Assembly: GCA_944332525.1 (NCBI GenBank)
Contig: CALVKD010000022.1
Span: 2,392-66,391 of the forward strand
Direction: 5' to 3'
Origin: an uncultured Bacilli bacterium
Lineage (GTDB): Bacteria > Bacillota_I > Bacilli_A > RFN20 > CAG-449
Length of the DNA: 64,000 nt
In this document: piece by piece, positions 1 to 8,520 of the stretch
Layout: each line of letters begins with the position of its first letter
Position numbering within the stretch: position 1 is the stretch's first letter
The notes under the pieces: model-generated
Database searches by the model: none
What the model saw: the letters and a program-made list of their open reading frames with translations, nothing else
What the model was told of the DNA's origin: nothing
Position numbers and translations under genes: made by a program

Positions 1-2
1 AT

Positions 3-1148
3 TGTCCTGATCGTGAAAGATCGCCATATCTTGGCGATGCTGCTAATCAAATATCAATGTCATTTTATGCTTTGGACCGCAACGCGGATAAACTTACGAA
101 AAAAACTATCAGAACGCTGCTTGGGTGGATTGAGGATGACTATATTTTCCCTAGTAGATCACCAAGCAAAACTACTTCAGAAATTCCTGCTCAAAATCTA
201 GCTTTCATCTTGTCAACTAAGGATTATTATTTGAACACTGGTGACGCTGAAACCATGAAACTATTCTATCCAGCCATTAAGAATTATTTGGGAGTATGGA
301 AAATGAGTAATGGTTTACCTGAATATCGCCCTGGTGAATTTCCATGGACGGATTGGGGCAATAACGCCGATGAAAAATTAATCCAGGTTCTTTGGTATTA
401 TTTAGCTTTAGAGGTTGGCGAATATTTTGCTGAAGAATTCTCTTATAATGAAGACTTATCTTTTTATCAAGAACGTTTAAATTCAATAAAAAATAATTTT
501 GAATCGTCTTTCAGAAAGGATACTGGTTATATGTCTAGTTCAATGGTGACACCAGATGAACGAGCGAATGCTTTAGCTATCATTGCTGGGTTAACAAACC
601 CCGAAGATAATGAACTAGTAACTAATATATTGTTCAATGTTCGTCAAGCCTCACCATATATGGAAAAATATGTTTTAGAAGCTCTTTGCCAATTAAAGCA
701 ATTTGACCTAGCAAAGACACGGATGTTAGAACGTTACGAAGAAATGATTAATGATTCCGGTTCAACATTGTTTGAGTTATGGAAAAAAGAAGATGGATCG
801 GTTAATCATGGCTGGACAGGAGGAGCGTTAACGGTTATGTCCCAATACTTTATCGGTATTAAGCCATTATCTAAAGGCTATGATAGCTATGAGATTGACT
901 TACAAGATTTTACTGATTCTTTGGAATCTAAAGTCAGCACAGTTAAAGGAGACATATCTATTAAGTTAACTAAAGATAGCGATCAAACTATAATTGATTT
1001 AAAGACAATTAATAGCGAAGGTCATCTAAAACTTCCTACATCCCTTGGCGAATCTTTAATAATTACCGGTGATCAATATGAAGATTTGAGATCTAGCGAA
1101 GGTTATATTCTTTTAAAGGGAAATCATTACCAAATTACTATTAAATAA
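3..1148 (+). CDS. Glycoside hydrolase with an (alpha/alpha)6-barrel, alpha-L-rhamnosidase (GH78)-like; C-terminal part only, 5' end outside the window
   Basis: The reading frame is open from position 3 with no stop before the first Met at 57, so the gene is 5'-truncated. Motifs such as FPWTDWGNN and LWYYLALEVGEYFAEEF, and the overall composition, resemble six-hairpin glycosidase C-terminal domains. A glycosidase operon sits next door. Confidence 0.4.
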   Translation, partial: CPDRERSPYLGDAANQISMSFYALDRNADKLTKKTIRTLLGWIEDDYIFPSRSPSKTTSEIPAQNLAFILSTKDYYLNTGDAETMKLFYPAIKNYLGVWKMSNGLPEYRPGEFPWTDWGNNADEKLIQVLWYYLALEVGEYFAEEFSYNEDLSFYQERLNSIKNNFESSFRKDTGYMSSSMVTPDERANALAIIAGLTNPEDNELVTNILFNVRQASPYMEKYVLEALCQLKQFDLAKTRMLERYEEMINDSGSTLFELWKKEDGSVNHGWTGGALTVMSQYFIGIKPLSKGYDSYEIDLQDFTDSLESKVSTVKGDISIKLTKDSDQTIIDLKTINSEGHLKLPTSLGESLIITGDQYEDLRSSEGYILLKGNHYQITIK

Positions 1149-1182
1149 GAGATAACTGCAGTCTAAATAATGATAAAATAAT

Positions 1183-2568
1183 TTATTTTTCATTGTTAGA
1201 CGGCAGTTTTTTTATCGGAATAACAATTTTTAAAAAGAACATTTTTTCTTTTTCTTCTAAAGATATTTTTAATGTACCATTATAATAATTTACGATATAT
1301 CTAATGCTTCTTAATCCTAACCCATGGTTATGTGAGTCTTGCTTATTCGTGGTTATTAATCCATCAGCGTTAATTTTTCTATCAGTCTGATAATAGTTAT
1401 ATTCTTCTATTATGAGATCTTTATTTTGCTTATAGATATTTAATCCAATAACGCGTTTATCTTTATCTATAATTTCTTTAACCGATTCAATTGAATTTGA
1501 CAATATATTATTAAGTAATGAATATACGTGGACATCGTTCATAAACGCTAGTTTTTCTCCATCCGCTAGGCAGGTTAGTTTAATATTATAAGTATCGCAT
1601 AATAACTGTTTTTCGTATAAAATTGTATCTAAATTTTTATTGCCAGTTCTTATCGTTTTATCATAGATGGATACTGCTGTTTTTAAAAGATTAATATCCT
1701 CATTGGTCAGCTTATTGTGAAACGACTCTAACTGATGCTTGATGTCGTGGCATTTCATATTAATGATATCTATATTTTCTCTAACCATTTCATATTGCTT
1801 TTTTTCTAAATACATTAATCGGTTCATCTCTTTTATTTCTTCTTTATAATGATCTTCCTTAAGAATGTATCTTTGAACAAGCAAAACTCCGATTGATAGC
1901 AATCCCGTTAATATCATAGATAAGACATATAAGGCATAACTTTCTGGCTCATAGGCATAGATATAAGTTTTAATTATAACCATGAAGAAAAGCATGGCGA
2001 TTCCTAAGATAGAATATTGCTTAAGTATTTGATGGATTTGATTGCCTGGCTCAATTTTTTTATTAAAAAATAAAGCGAATAGTAACTGGAATAGAAAATG
2101 CAACAAATCATAGATAAAAGCATTGAGGTAAGGAAAATTAGCGATAATATCAATAGATTGTCGGTTATCCATCCCGCATAAAGCTAAAACTAAAGTAAAA
2201 AGAACATCGACAGTTTCTCTTGTTGCCAAAATCCGGATAAAAGCTGTACAAAATGTTAATATCGGTTCGTCGTAAAGAAGAGTCAGTAACACCATGTTTA
2301 TTATATAAAGCAAAAGAGTATAGATAATTCTTAAGTATGTAGCATTATTGAGTGATCTAAGAGCACCTAGCGAAAAAGCTAAGGTAATTAAACCAATTAC
2401 ATAAATTATTAATCTTACAATGAAAAATTTTCTCTTTTTAAATTTGAAAGTGAAAAGAATCGAACAAGAAAATATTTCATAAACCTGTGCGACATAAATA
2501 ATAAATAAATAGCTAAAAGTTGCACCGAAAAGAGAAAATAAATCGTTCAAGAGGTAAGCTAAAATCAT
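1183..2568 (-). CDS. Sensor histidine kinase, HPK10 (AgrC/VirS-like), polytopic membrane N-terminus plus GHKL ATPase
   Basis: About 6-7 predicted TM helices. H-box MKCHDIKHQL is typical of AgrC-type kinases. The C-terminal G-box is GLGLRSIRYIV. A 1-nt overlap with the upstream LytTR regulator indicates an operon. Confidence 0.8.
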   Translation of the reverse strand: MILAYLLNDLFSLFGATFSYLFIIYVAQVYEIFSCSILFTFKFKKRKFFIVRLIIYVIGLITLAFSLGALRSLNNATYLRIIYTLLLYIINMVLLTLLYDEPILTFCTAFIRILATRETVDVLFTLVLALCGMDNRQSIDIIANFPYLNAFIYDLLHFLFQLLFALFFNKKIEPGNQIHQILKQYSILGIAMLFFMVIIKTYIYAYEPESYALYVLSMILTGLLSIGVLLVQRYILKEDHYKEEIKEMNRLMYLEKKQYEMVRENIDIINMKCHDIKHQLESFHNKLTNEDINLLKTAVSIYDKTIRTGNKNLDTILYEKQLLCDTYNIKLTCLADGEKLAFMNDVHVYSLLNNILSNSIESVKEIIDKDKRVIGLNIYKQNKDLIIEEYNYYQTDRKINADGLITTNKQDSHNHGLGLRSIRYIVNYYNGTLKISLEEKEKMFFLKIVIPIKKLPSNNEK

Positions 2569-3284
2569 TAATTATTTTTAAACTCCTTTAATGCGGTTAA
2601 AACTTGCTTTTTACGCGGCCTTGATATTTGTAAAGGTGGAATATTTTCTTCTGTCATAATTAGAGATAAGTTTTCTCTATCAACGTATTTTACATAATCT
2701 AAATTGACTAAATAACAAGAATTACATCTGACAAAATTAAATTCTTTGAGTTTCTCTTCGTATGCAGAGAGTGAATCATACTTTTTAAAATCGCCAATCT
2801 TAGTATGAAAAATTAAAGCATGCGATTGAGTTTCGATAAAAATAATATTTTGCAGTGAAATTTTTACTATCCCATCACTACTTGGCAATATTAAATAATT
2901 TTTTTTATTTGAATTATCTAATTTATGTAAAATTCTAGTGAATTTGATTTTAAAAGAAGCTTGATCTAATGGCTTCAATAGATAATCAAAAGCATTAACT
3001 TGATATCCTTCAATAGCGTATTGAGCTAAAGATGTGACAAAAACGATTAATACTTCTGGATCTTTGCTTCTGATTTGTCTCGCGCATTCCATACCTGAAA
3101 TAATTGGCATGCGAATATCGAGAAAAATTAAATCATAATCAGATTTAAATGATTTTAAAAATTCAACAGCTGAAGTAAATTGATCAATATGAAAAGAACG
3201 GTTTTCAGTTTGAAATTCGGATATTAGCCTTTCAAAATTGTTGCGAAATTTTTCGTCGTCTTCAACTAAAGCGATTCTATACAT
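2568..3284 (-). CDS. LytTR-family response regulator (AgrA/VirR-like)
   Basis: N-terminal receiver domain (IALVEDDE...FLDIRMP with the phospho-acceptor Asp context). C-terminal LytTR DNA-binding domain (FVRCNSCYLVNLDYV...). Gene order RR-HK as in virR-virS. Confidence 0.85.
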   Translation of the reverse strand: MYRIALVEDDEKFRNNFERLISEFQTENRSFHIDQFTSAVEFLKSFKSDYDLIFLDIRMPIISGMECARQIRSKDPEVLIVFVTSLAQYAIEGYQVNAFDYLLKPLDQASFKIKFTRILHKLDNSNKKNYLILPSSDGIVKISLQNIIFIETQSHALIFHTKIGDFKKYDSLSAYEEKLKEFNFVRCNSCYLVNLDYVKYVDRENLSLIMTEENIPPLQISRPRKKQVLTALKEFKNN

Positions 3285-3356
3285 TAGTTAAATATCTCCT
3301 ACGTTAATTATAGAAAAAAATTTCTTTTAAAACCATAGCCGAAATGGGTTTAATTG

Positions 3357-3387
3357 ACAGGTTAAGTAATAAAAAAAACAGATTAAG
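3357..3387 (+). promoter_or_regulatory. Direct-repeat operator ACAGGTTAAG-N11-ACAGATTAAG (21-bp period), candidate LytTR regulator binding site
   Basis: Two 10-bp repeats, 9/10 identical, with centres exactly two helical turns apart. This is the architecture bound by AgrA/ComE/VirR-type LytTR regulators. It lies in the divergent region between the regulator gene (2568-3284, minus) and the lipoprotein/GH3 operon (plus). Confidence 0.45.
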
Positions 3388-3455
3388 AAAAAACGTTTCA
3401 AAAAATGAAAGCCCTTTCTTACGATGTAAAGGACAAACGTAGGAGGTTTCAACAA

Positions 3456-4055
3456 ATGTCAAAAAAATCATTATTAATCGGTTTAGCTTCTTTAGCCATG
3501 CTTATGACAGGCTGCAGTGGAAGCAACACTCAAGCAGCAACGATGACTGCATCATATCTTTCACCATCAGTGATGAGATATATGAATATGCGTCCAACGG
3601 CTAACTACTATACCTTAGAATTTTCAATGGAAAGATTGCAAACCTTTTCTGATGGAACATATCAGTTAGATGTGATTTCTCAAGTTTATTCTGCTCTTAT
3701 TTTACCAGAAGAAGGCAGTGCAGCTACTGGTAATGAAAGAACAAATTATGTAAATTCTTACTATGGAACTTTCACTTCAACAGTTGATGATCTCGATAGT
3801 AATACTTTACATCTTGAGTTAGCTGCTCCAACAAGAATTGTTTCGACTTATGATGCAGCATATTATTACGATACTGCTAATTGGACTGATGCTATGAGTG
3901 CAGTTGAATATACTGATATTGCCGGCAATAAAACAGCTTATACTAGCGGAGATGAATACCTTAGCAAAAATAAATTTGAATCAGCAAGTTTCGTCGCTTC
4001 AATTGATAGCAGTTCAATTCAATATGTTACTTTAGAAATTGTTAAAGCGGAGTAA
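3456..4055 (+). CDS. Lipoprotein of unknown function
   Basis: ORF-track start 3405 is likely too early. The ATG at 3456 is preceded by AGGAGG at 3441-3446. Signal peptide with lipobox LMTGCSG. Overlaps the downstream GH3 gene, so co-operonic. Confidence 0.6.
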   Translation: MSKKSLLIGLASLAMLMTGCSGSNTQAATMTASYLSPSVMRYMNMRPTANYYTLEFSMERLQTFSDGTYQLDVISQVYSALILPEEGSAATGNERTNYVNSYYGTFTSTVDDLDSNTLHLELAAPTRIVSTYDAAYYYDTANWTDAMSAVEYTDIAGNKTAYTSGDEYLSKNKFESASFVASIDSSSIQYVTLEIVKAE

Positions 4056-4059
4056 TTAT

Positions 4060-6948
4060 ATGAAGAAAAATAAAGGCAATATTTTTCGAGGAATTACAGC
4101 TGTTTTAGCATCAACTCTTTGCTTAGCTGGATATATGTCGGTATTGGCTTTTGAAAGAGAAGGAGATATTAATGCATTTTTGCAAATAAAACCTCCATCA
4201 CAAACAGTTACTGATGATACAAATTATTTTCCAAGTGCCTATGATAGCGAAGAAAAGAGATTAGCAGCTGAAAAAGATTTCATCGAAAGAACTCAAGAAG
4301 AAGGCAGCGTCCTTTTAAAAAATGATAACCATGCTTTACCTCTTACTTCCAATGAAAGAAAAGTTACTCTCTTTGGAAGAACAGCGACAGATAATATCTT
4401 CCGCGGTGGTTCTGGTGGAGCATCAAATGCTGATTCAGTAACCTTAAAAGCAGCTTTGGAAAGCCGCGGATTTGAAATCAATAAGCCGGTTTATGATGCT
4501 TTAGCCGCGGTTAATCTTAAACGCGGAAATGGTGAAATTGCTGAAGCACCTGCAAGTACATATAATGGCTTATCTTATACAGGATATACTGATGCTGCAA
4601 TTGTAGTGTTAGGCCGTTATGGCGGTGAAGCTAATGATCTTGATGTTTCCGATAAATACGGAGTACCTGAACTTTCTCTTCATCAAGCTGAAAAAGAGAT
4701 GCTAGAGATAGTTAAAAATGCCGGGTTTAAAAAGATTATTGTCTTAGTTAACTCGGGTTATGCGATGGATTTGGGCTGGCTTGATGATTATAATGTCGAT
4801 GCTTGCTTATATATTGGCTATCCAGGACGTTATGGTATGAATGGTGTCGCAGATCTTTTAATCGGCGAAAATGATCCATCGGGTCATTTAGTTGATACTT
4901 TTGCAGAAAATTCTTTATCATCGCCAGCGATGCAAAATTTTGGTGATTACGTCTTTACAAATTTGCAAAGTAATGCTCAGTATAAGAAAGAATATCTTAT
5001 ATATGCTGAAGATATCTATGTTGGATACAAGTATTATGAAACTCGTTATCAAGATCAAGTATTAGGAATTAATAACGCGACATCCTCTGCCGGAGTTTAT
5101 AATTCTGAAAACAACTCCTGGGATTATGCCGATGAAATGGCATTTCCTTTCGGAAGCGGGCTTTCTTATGCGGATTTCACTCAAGAAGTAACAGATATAA
5201 CTTGGAATCAAGAAACGCATGAAGTGATAGCCAAGGTAAAAGTCACGAATAATGGTTCTGATTATTATGATGGTACATCTAAGTCAGTAGTTCAGCTTTA
5301 TGCTCAACTTCCTTATGAAACAGGAATGGCTAGTAAATCAGCAGTTCAATTAATCGGCTATACAAAAACTAAGCCATTAGCAAAAGGTGAATCTGATGAG
5401 GTGACAATTACTGTTTCTGACTATCTATTTGCCACATATGATGATAATGCTGTTAATGGAGCAGATGAATCTAAAAAAGGATGTTATGTTTTTGATGAAG
5501 GTGATTATTACTTTGCAATCGGTAATAATGCTCACGATGCTTTAAACAATATTCTTGCTGCTCGTGATGTAAAAGGATTATTTGATGAAGAAGGCGTAGC
5601 AGTTGTAGGCGATGCTTCTAAGGTTAAAAAGGAAAATTTAGCTGAGTATGATAATACTACTTATGCTAAATCAGAAACCGGTGAAATAGTTTCAAATCGC
5701 TTTGATGATAGAGATATCAACTATTTCTATGACGAAGATGTCGTCACATATTTAACGCGTGATGACTGGAATACTTTCCCTAAATCTTACACTGGTTTAA
5801 CCGCGGCTGATGGAATTGCTTCTAAACTTTCTGCATCTACAAACGAATATACTAAACCATCAGATGCCCCAGATATTGATAAGAGCAAATTCGGCCAAGA
5901 ACAATTATTGAAACTTATTGAATTCAAAGATAAAGATTATAATGATCCTGAATGGGATAAATTAATTAGTCAAATGACATTACCAGAGCTTTATACAATG
6001 GTTGGTGAGCATATGGGAAATGACGCGATTGAAAGCGTTGGCTATCCTGCTAACGTTTCAAATGATGGCCCTGATGGATTGATTGGCGCGACTAATTTCA
6101 ATGCTGAAGTAATCTCAGCTTCGACATGGAATAAAGAATTAATTGAAGAGCGCGGTGAAATGTTTGGTGAACAAGCATTAGCTATAAGCTATGGCATGAC
6201 ATATTCTCCTGGAGCAAACGCGCATCGTACACCTTATGGCGGAAGAAATTATGAGTATTATTCAGAAGACAGCATTATGTCTTATTACTGCGGCTGGTAT
6301 CAAACAGCAGCAATGCGTGAAAAAGGTTTAATCTCAGCAATTAAACATTTCTGCGGTAACGATCAAGAAACAAATCGTCACGGCGTTGCCACTTTCATGA
6401 ATGAACAAACATACCGTCAAGGCGCTCTTAAAGGATTTGAAGGGGCCTTTGTTAAAGGCAAAACTCTTGGAACAATGACAGCATTTAATAGAATTGGCTG
6501 CGAACCTACAGCATCTGACTATGAAACAATGACAGGTGTCTTACGTAATGAATGGGGATTCCAAGGAATTAATATTACCGATTCTTCAAGAGATGCAACA
6601 ACATATATGTTTACTGCTGATTGCATTATGGCAGGTACAGATTTTTTCAATAATGATACTGGAAGAATTGGTGATGTTAAAAATTATATTGTTAGTAACC
6701 GCGATGGAAATATCTTTAATAAGGTTAGAGAAATCGCACATCACGTTCTCTATGCTTATTCGCGGAGTAACGTTATGAACGGATTAACAGTAGATACCGC
6801 TGTTACAAACTTTGTTCCGTGGTGGGAAACAGCAATTTATGCTTTTGATGGAACTATAGCTTCATTGACTGCAATATCTGCAGGAGCATTCATCTTCTTC
6901 GCCTATATCAAGAAAAACAAACCTGAGGAGGATAAAAAAGATGCTTAG
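4060..6948 (+). CDS. Glycoside hydrolase family 3 (beta-glucosidase / beta-xylosidase-like) with permuted domain order, N-terminal signal/TM and C-terminal TM anchor
   Basis: A GH3 C-terminal alpha/beta-sandwich-like segment (KVTLFGRTATDN...GGSGGASNAD) precedes the GH3 catalytic barrel-like segment (SNDGPDGLIGATNF...GFQGINITDSSRD, KHFCGND). There is a hydrophobic N-terminus and a C-terminal hydrophobic helix followed by a KK-rich tail. ATG at 4060 follows GCGGAG. Confidence 0.7.
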   Translation: MKKNKGNIFRGITAVLASTLCLAGYMSVLAFEREGDINAFLQIKPPSQTVTDDTNYFPSAYDSEEKRLAAEKDFIERTQEEGSVLLKNDNHALPLTSNERKVTLFGRTATDNIFRGGSGGASNADSVTLKAALESRGFEINKPVYDALAAVNLKRGNGEIAEAPASTYNGLSYTGYTDAAIVVLGRYGGEANDLDVSDKYGVPELSLHQAEKEMLEIVKNAGFKKIIVLVNSGYAMDLGWLDDYNVDACLYIGYPGRYGMNGVADLLIGENDPSGHLVDTFAENSLSSPAMQNFGDYVFTNLQSNAQYKKEYLIYAEDIYVGYKYYETRYQDQVLGINNATSSAGVYNSENNSWDYADEMAFPFGSGLSYADFTQEVTDITWNQETHEVIAKVKVTNNGSDYYDGTSKSVVQLYAQLPYETGMASKSAVQLIGYTKTKPLAKGESDEVTITVSDYLFATYDDNAVNGADESKKGCYVFDEGDYYFAIGNNAHDALNNILAARDVKGLFDEEGVAVVGDASKVKKENLAEYDNTTYAKSETGEIVSNRFDDRDINYFYDEDVVTYLTRDDWNTFPKSYTGLTAADGIASKLSASTNEYTKPSDAPDIDKSKFGQEQLLKLIEFKDKDYNDPEWDKLISQMTLPELYTMVGEHMGNDAIESVGYPANVSNDGPDGLIGATNFNAEVISASTWNKELIEERGEMFGEQALAISYGMTYSPGANAHRTPYGGRNYEYYSEDSIMSYYCGWYQTAAMREKGLISAIKHFCGNDQETNRHGVATFMNEQTYRQGALKGFEGAFVKGKTLGTMTAFNRIGCEPTASDYETMTGVLRNEWGFQGINITDSSRDATTYMFTADCIMAGTDFFNNDTGRIGDVKNYIVSNRDGNIFNKVREIAHHVLYAYSRSNVMNGLTVDTAVTNFVPWWETAIYAFDGTIASLTAISAGAFIFFAYIKKNKPEEDKKDA

Positions 6949-7390
6949 TAAAATAAAAAATTATTTTATGGATAAATCGGTGTTTTATTTCTTGCTTTTA
7001 GGCTCGGGATTATTAGCATTGATTTCCTCAATTGTTTTCTATGTTTTAGACGTGACTACGATTAAAGGTAATATCACATTTACTGATGATTCATTAATGA
7101 CATTTATCTTCATGCTAATTGGGGTTGCTGGATGTATCTTCGCAGCATTAACTAAGTTTAACTTTGCTCCGTTGATTCCGGTTATCTTCTTTGCATTAGG
7201 ATTTTCACAAAATGTGGTTATGGCCTGCTTCCCAGCAGCAGATATCCTCAAAGGTGTTCCATTCTTTACATCTAATATGGATATCGCTAATAGCACATTT
7301 AGGATATTCTTAATTTTCGGAATATTATTCTTCATTTCCCTGGTACTAAGTATCATTTATTGCTTTGCTTCTAGAGAAAAGAAAAGATAA
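6941..7390 (+). CDS. Small integral membrane protein (4 TM), unknown function
   Basis: Strong RBS AGGAGG 8 nt upstream. 8-nt overlap with the GH3 stop. Four hydrophobic helices. Confidence 0.55.
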   Translation: MLSKIKNYFMDKSVFYFLLLGSGLLALISSIVFYVLDVTTIKGNITFTDDSLMTFIFMLIGVAGCIFAALTKFNFAPLIPVIFFALGFSQNVVMACFPAADILKGVPFFTSNMDIANSTFRIFLIFGILFFISLVLSIIYCFASREKKR

Positions 7391-7395
7391 AGAAA

Positions 7396-7436
7396 ACCCG
7401 GTTATGATCTTCTTAGATTATGACCGGGTATTTTTT
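7396..7436. terminator. Bidirectional rho-independent terminator between convergent genes
   Basis: Imperfect hairpin ACCCGGTTATGATC / GATTATGACCGGGT, flanked by a T-run on the plus strand and a T-rich run on the minus strand. Confidence 0.5.
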
Positions 7437-8520
7437 ATTGGTATTGCGCGTATAATGTCATATCCATATAAATTGGGGTGATGTTGGTAACATGTCCGCT
7501 ATTAGGGGTTAATTCTTTATCGGTGTACCAGCCGACAAATTCAGCTCCTTCTTTATAAGCTAATGGAAGATTGATATATTTTCCTTCTTCAACTTTATAG
7601 GTAATTGGATCGAGAGGATTAACTAAACTTCCTCCGTTTAAATCAAGTGTGATGTAGTAATAGTTTTTCGTTTCAGGAGTATCGACTCCAGCGATAACAG
7701 TCTTTAAAATCCAATTACCATTTTCTTTAACATAGATTTCTCCGGTGCTGAGATTAAAATAGAAGTCGCCATTTTCCCCGTTTTGACTATCTGGAACAGT
7801 TGAACCATATAACCAGGTTGTCGCATGCTCTTTAGAAAAAGATACTTCTTCTTGAGTTCCGTCATCATAATGAATTATTAATTTATAATTATTTTCATCT
7901 TCTTGTGTTTCAATATAGTCAATAGAAACGCCTCTTAAGCCGCGAGGAATTCTAAATTCTACACTTGGAGAATCATCGGTAAAAGAGATTGTTACAATAA
8001 CATCATAGCTAATCGGATCATAAGAAGTTGTAATCTCTTTGATAGAGACGCCGTCTTGGCCTTTAGGGACGATAAAACTAACCGGTGAGGAATCATCCGT
8101 AAAAGAAATTGTTATTTGCTGATTGCCGTTTTCTAGCGTTTCTACATTGATGTTCGCTATTCCTCTTCCGTCGACTCCGTTATACACCGGAATATAAGTA
8201 ACAAATGGTTCTTTATTGCTGTCGGTGAAGGTAATAGTTAATTTTACGCGGTTATATTCTTCTTGGAATTCGCTTGTCACATCTTTAATAGATACGCCTT
8301 CTTGTCCGTCTGCACCTTTAGGCAAAGTAAAGCTGACACTTGGCTTATCTTCGCTATTGAAAGAGATTGTGACAACAGTATTACCCTGATTATCAACGTC
8401 TGTAGTTACATCGCTTATGAGATAGCCAGTTTCTTCTTCAGCAAAAAATCCGCAGGCAGAAAGCGAAGGAAGAGAAAAGACGAGCAGAGTTCCTAAAAGC
8501 AGATTTCTAATTTTTTTCAT
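7435..8520 (-). CDS. Lipoprotein with three ~55-aa internal repeats and a C-terminal Flg_new (Listeria-Bacteroides repeat) domain
   Basis: Lipobox LSACG. Repeated GVSIKDVTSEF / GVSIKEITTSYD / GVSIDYIETQED modules. C-terminal LDLNGGS...GAEFVGWYTDKELTP matches the Flg_new GxxFxGW motif. Last gene of the 11-gene operon, with a 4-nt overlap to the upstream gene. Confidence 0.65.
   Translation of the reverse strand: MKKIRNLLLGTLLVFSLPSLSACGFFAEEETGYLISDVTTDVDNQGNTVVTISFNSEDKPSVSFTLPKGADGQEGVSIKDVTSEFQEEYNRVKLTITFTDSNKEPFVTYIPVYNGVDGRGIANINVETLENGNQQITISFTDDSSPVSFIVPKGQDGVSIKEITTSYDPISYDVIVTISFTDDSPSVEFRIPRGLRGVSIDYIETQEDENNYKLIIHYDDGTQEEVSFSKEHATTWLYGSTVPDSQNGENGDFYFNLSTGEIYVKENGNWILKTVIAGVDTPETKNYYYITLDLNGGSLVNPLDPITYKVEEGKYINLPLAYKEGAEFVGWYTDKELTPNSGHVTNITPIYMDMTLYAQYQ

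Noticed and set aside
13-201. 62-aa ORF at the window start
   Set aside because: Out of frame within the longer glycosidase reading frame, which is open from position 3. No RBS.
277-486. Short antisense ORFs inside long genes (also 4293-4481, 7039-7356, 8263-8496, 9014-9226, 9406-9591, 9770-10013, 15751-15972, 17689-17871, 18900-19139, 20706-20945, 24190-24393, 25885-26121, 26449-26640, 28453-28806, 32136-32537, 37017-37568, 39836-40105, 40619-40813, 42716-43099, 43914-44114, 44447-44632, 46581-46844, 47394-47743, 48319-48909, 49809-49991, 50375-50587, 56142-56339, 59035-59220, 61777-61989)
   Set aside because: Each lies within or opposite a longer ORF that has recognisable protein motifs. 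They are typical AT-rich random ORFs.
1153-1215. Possible hairpin (AACTGCAGTCTAA / TTAGACGGCAGTT) between the glycosidase and kinase genes
   Set aside because: The loop is about 30 nt, there is one mismatch, and the second arm lies inside the kinase coding region. Too weak to call a terminator.
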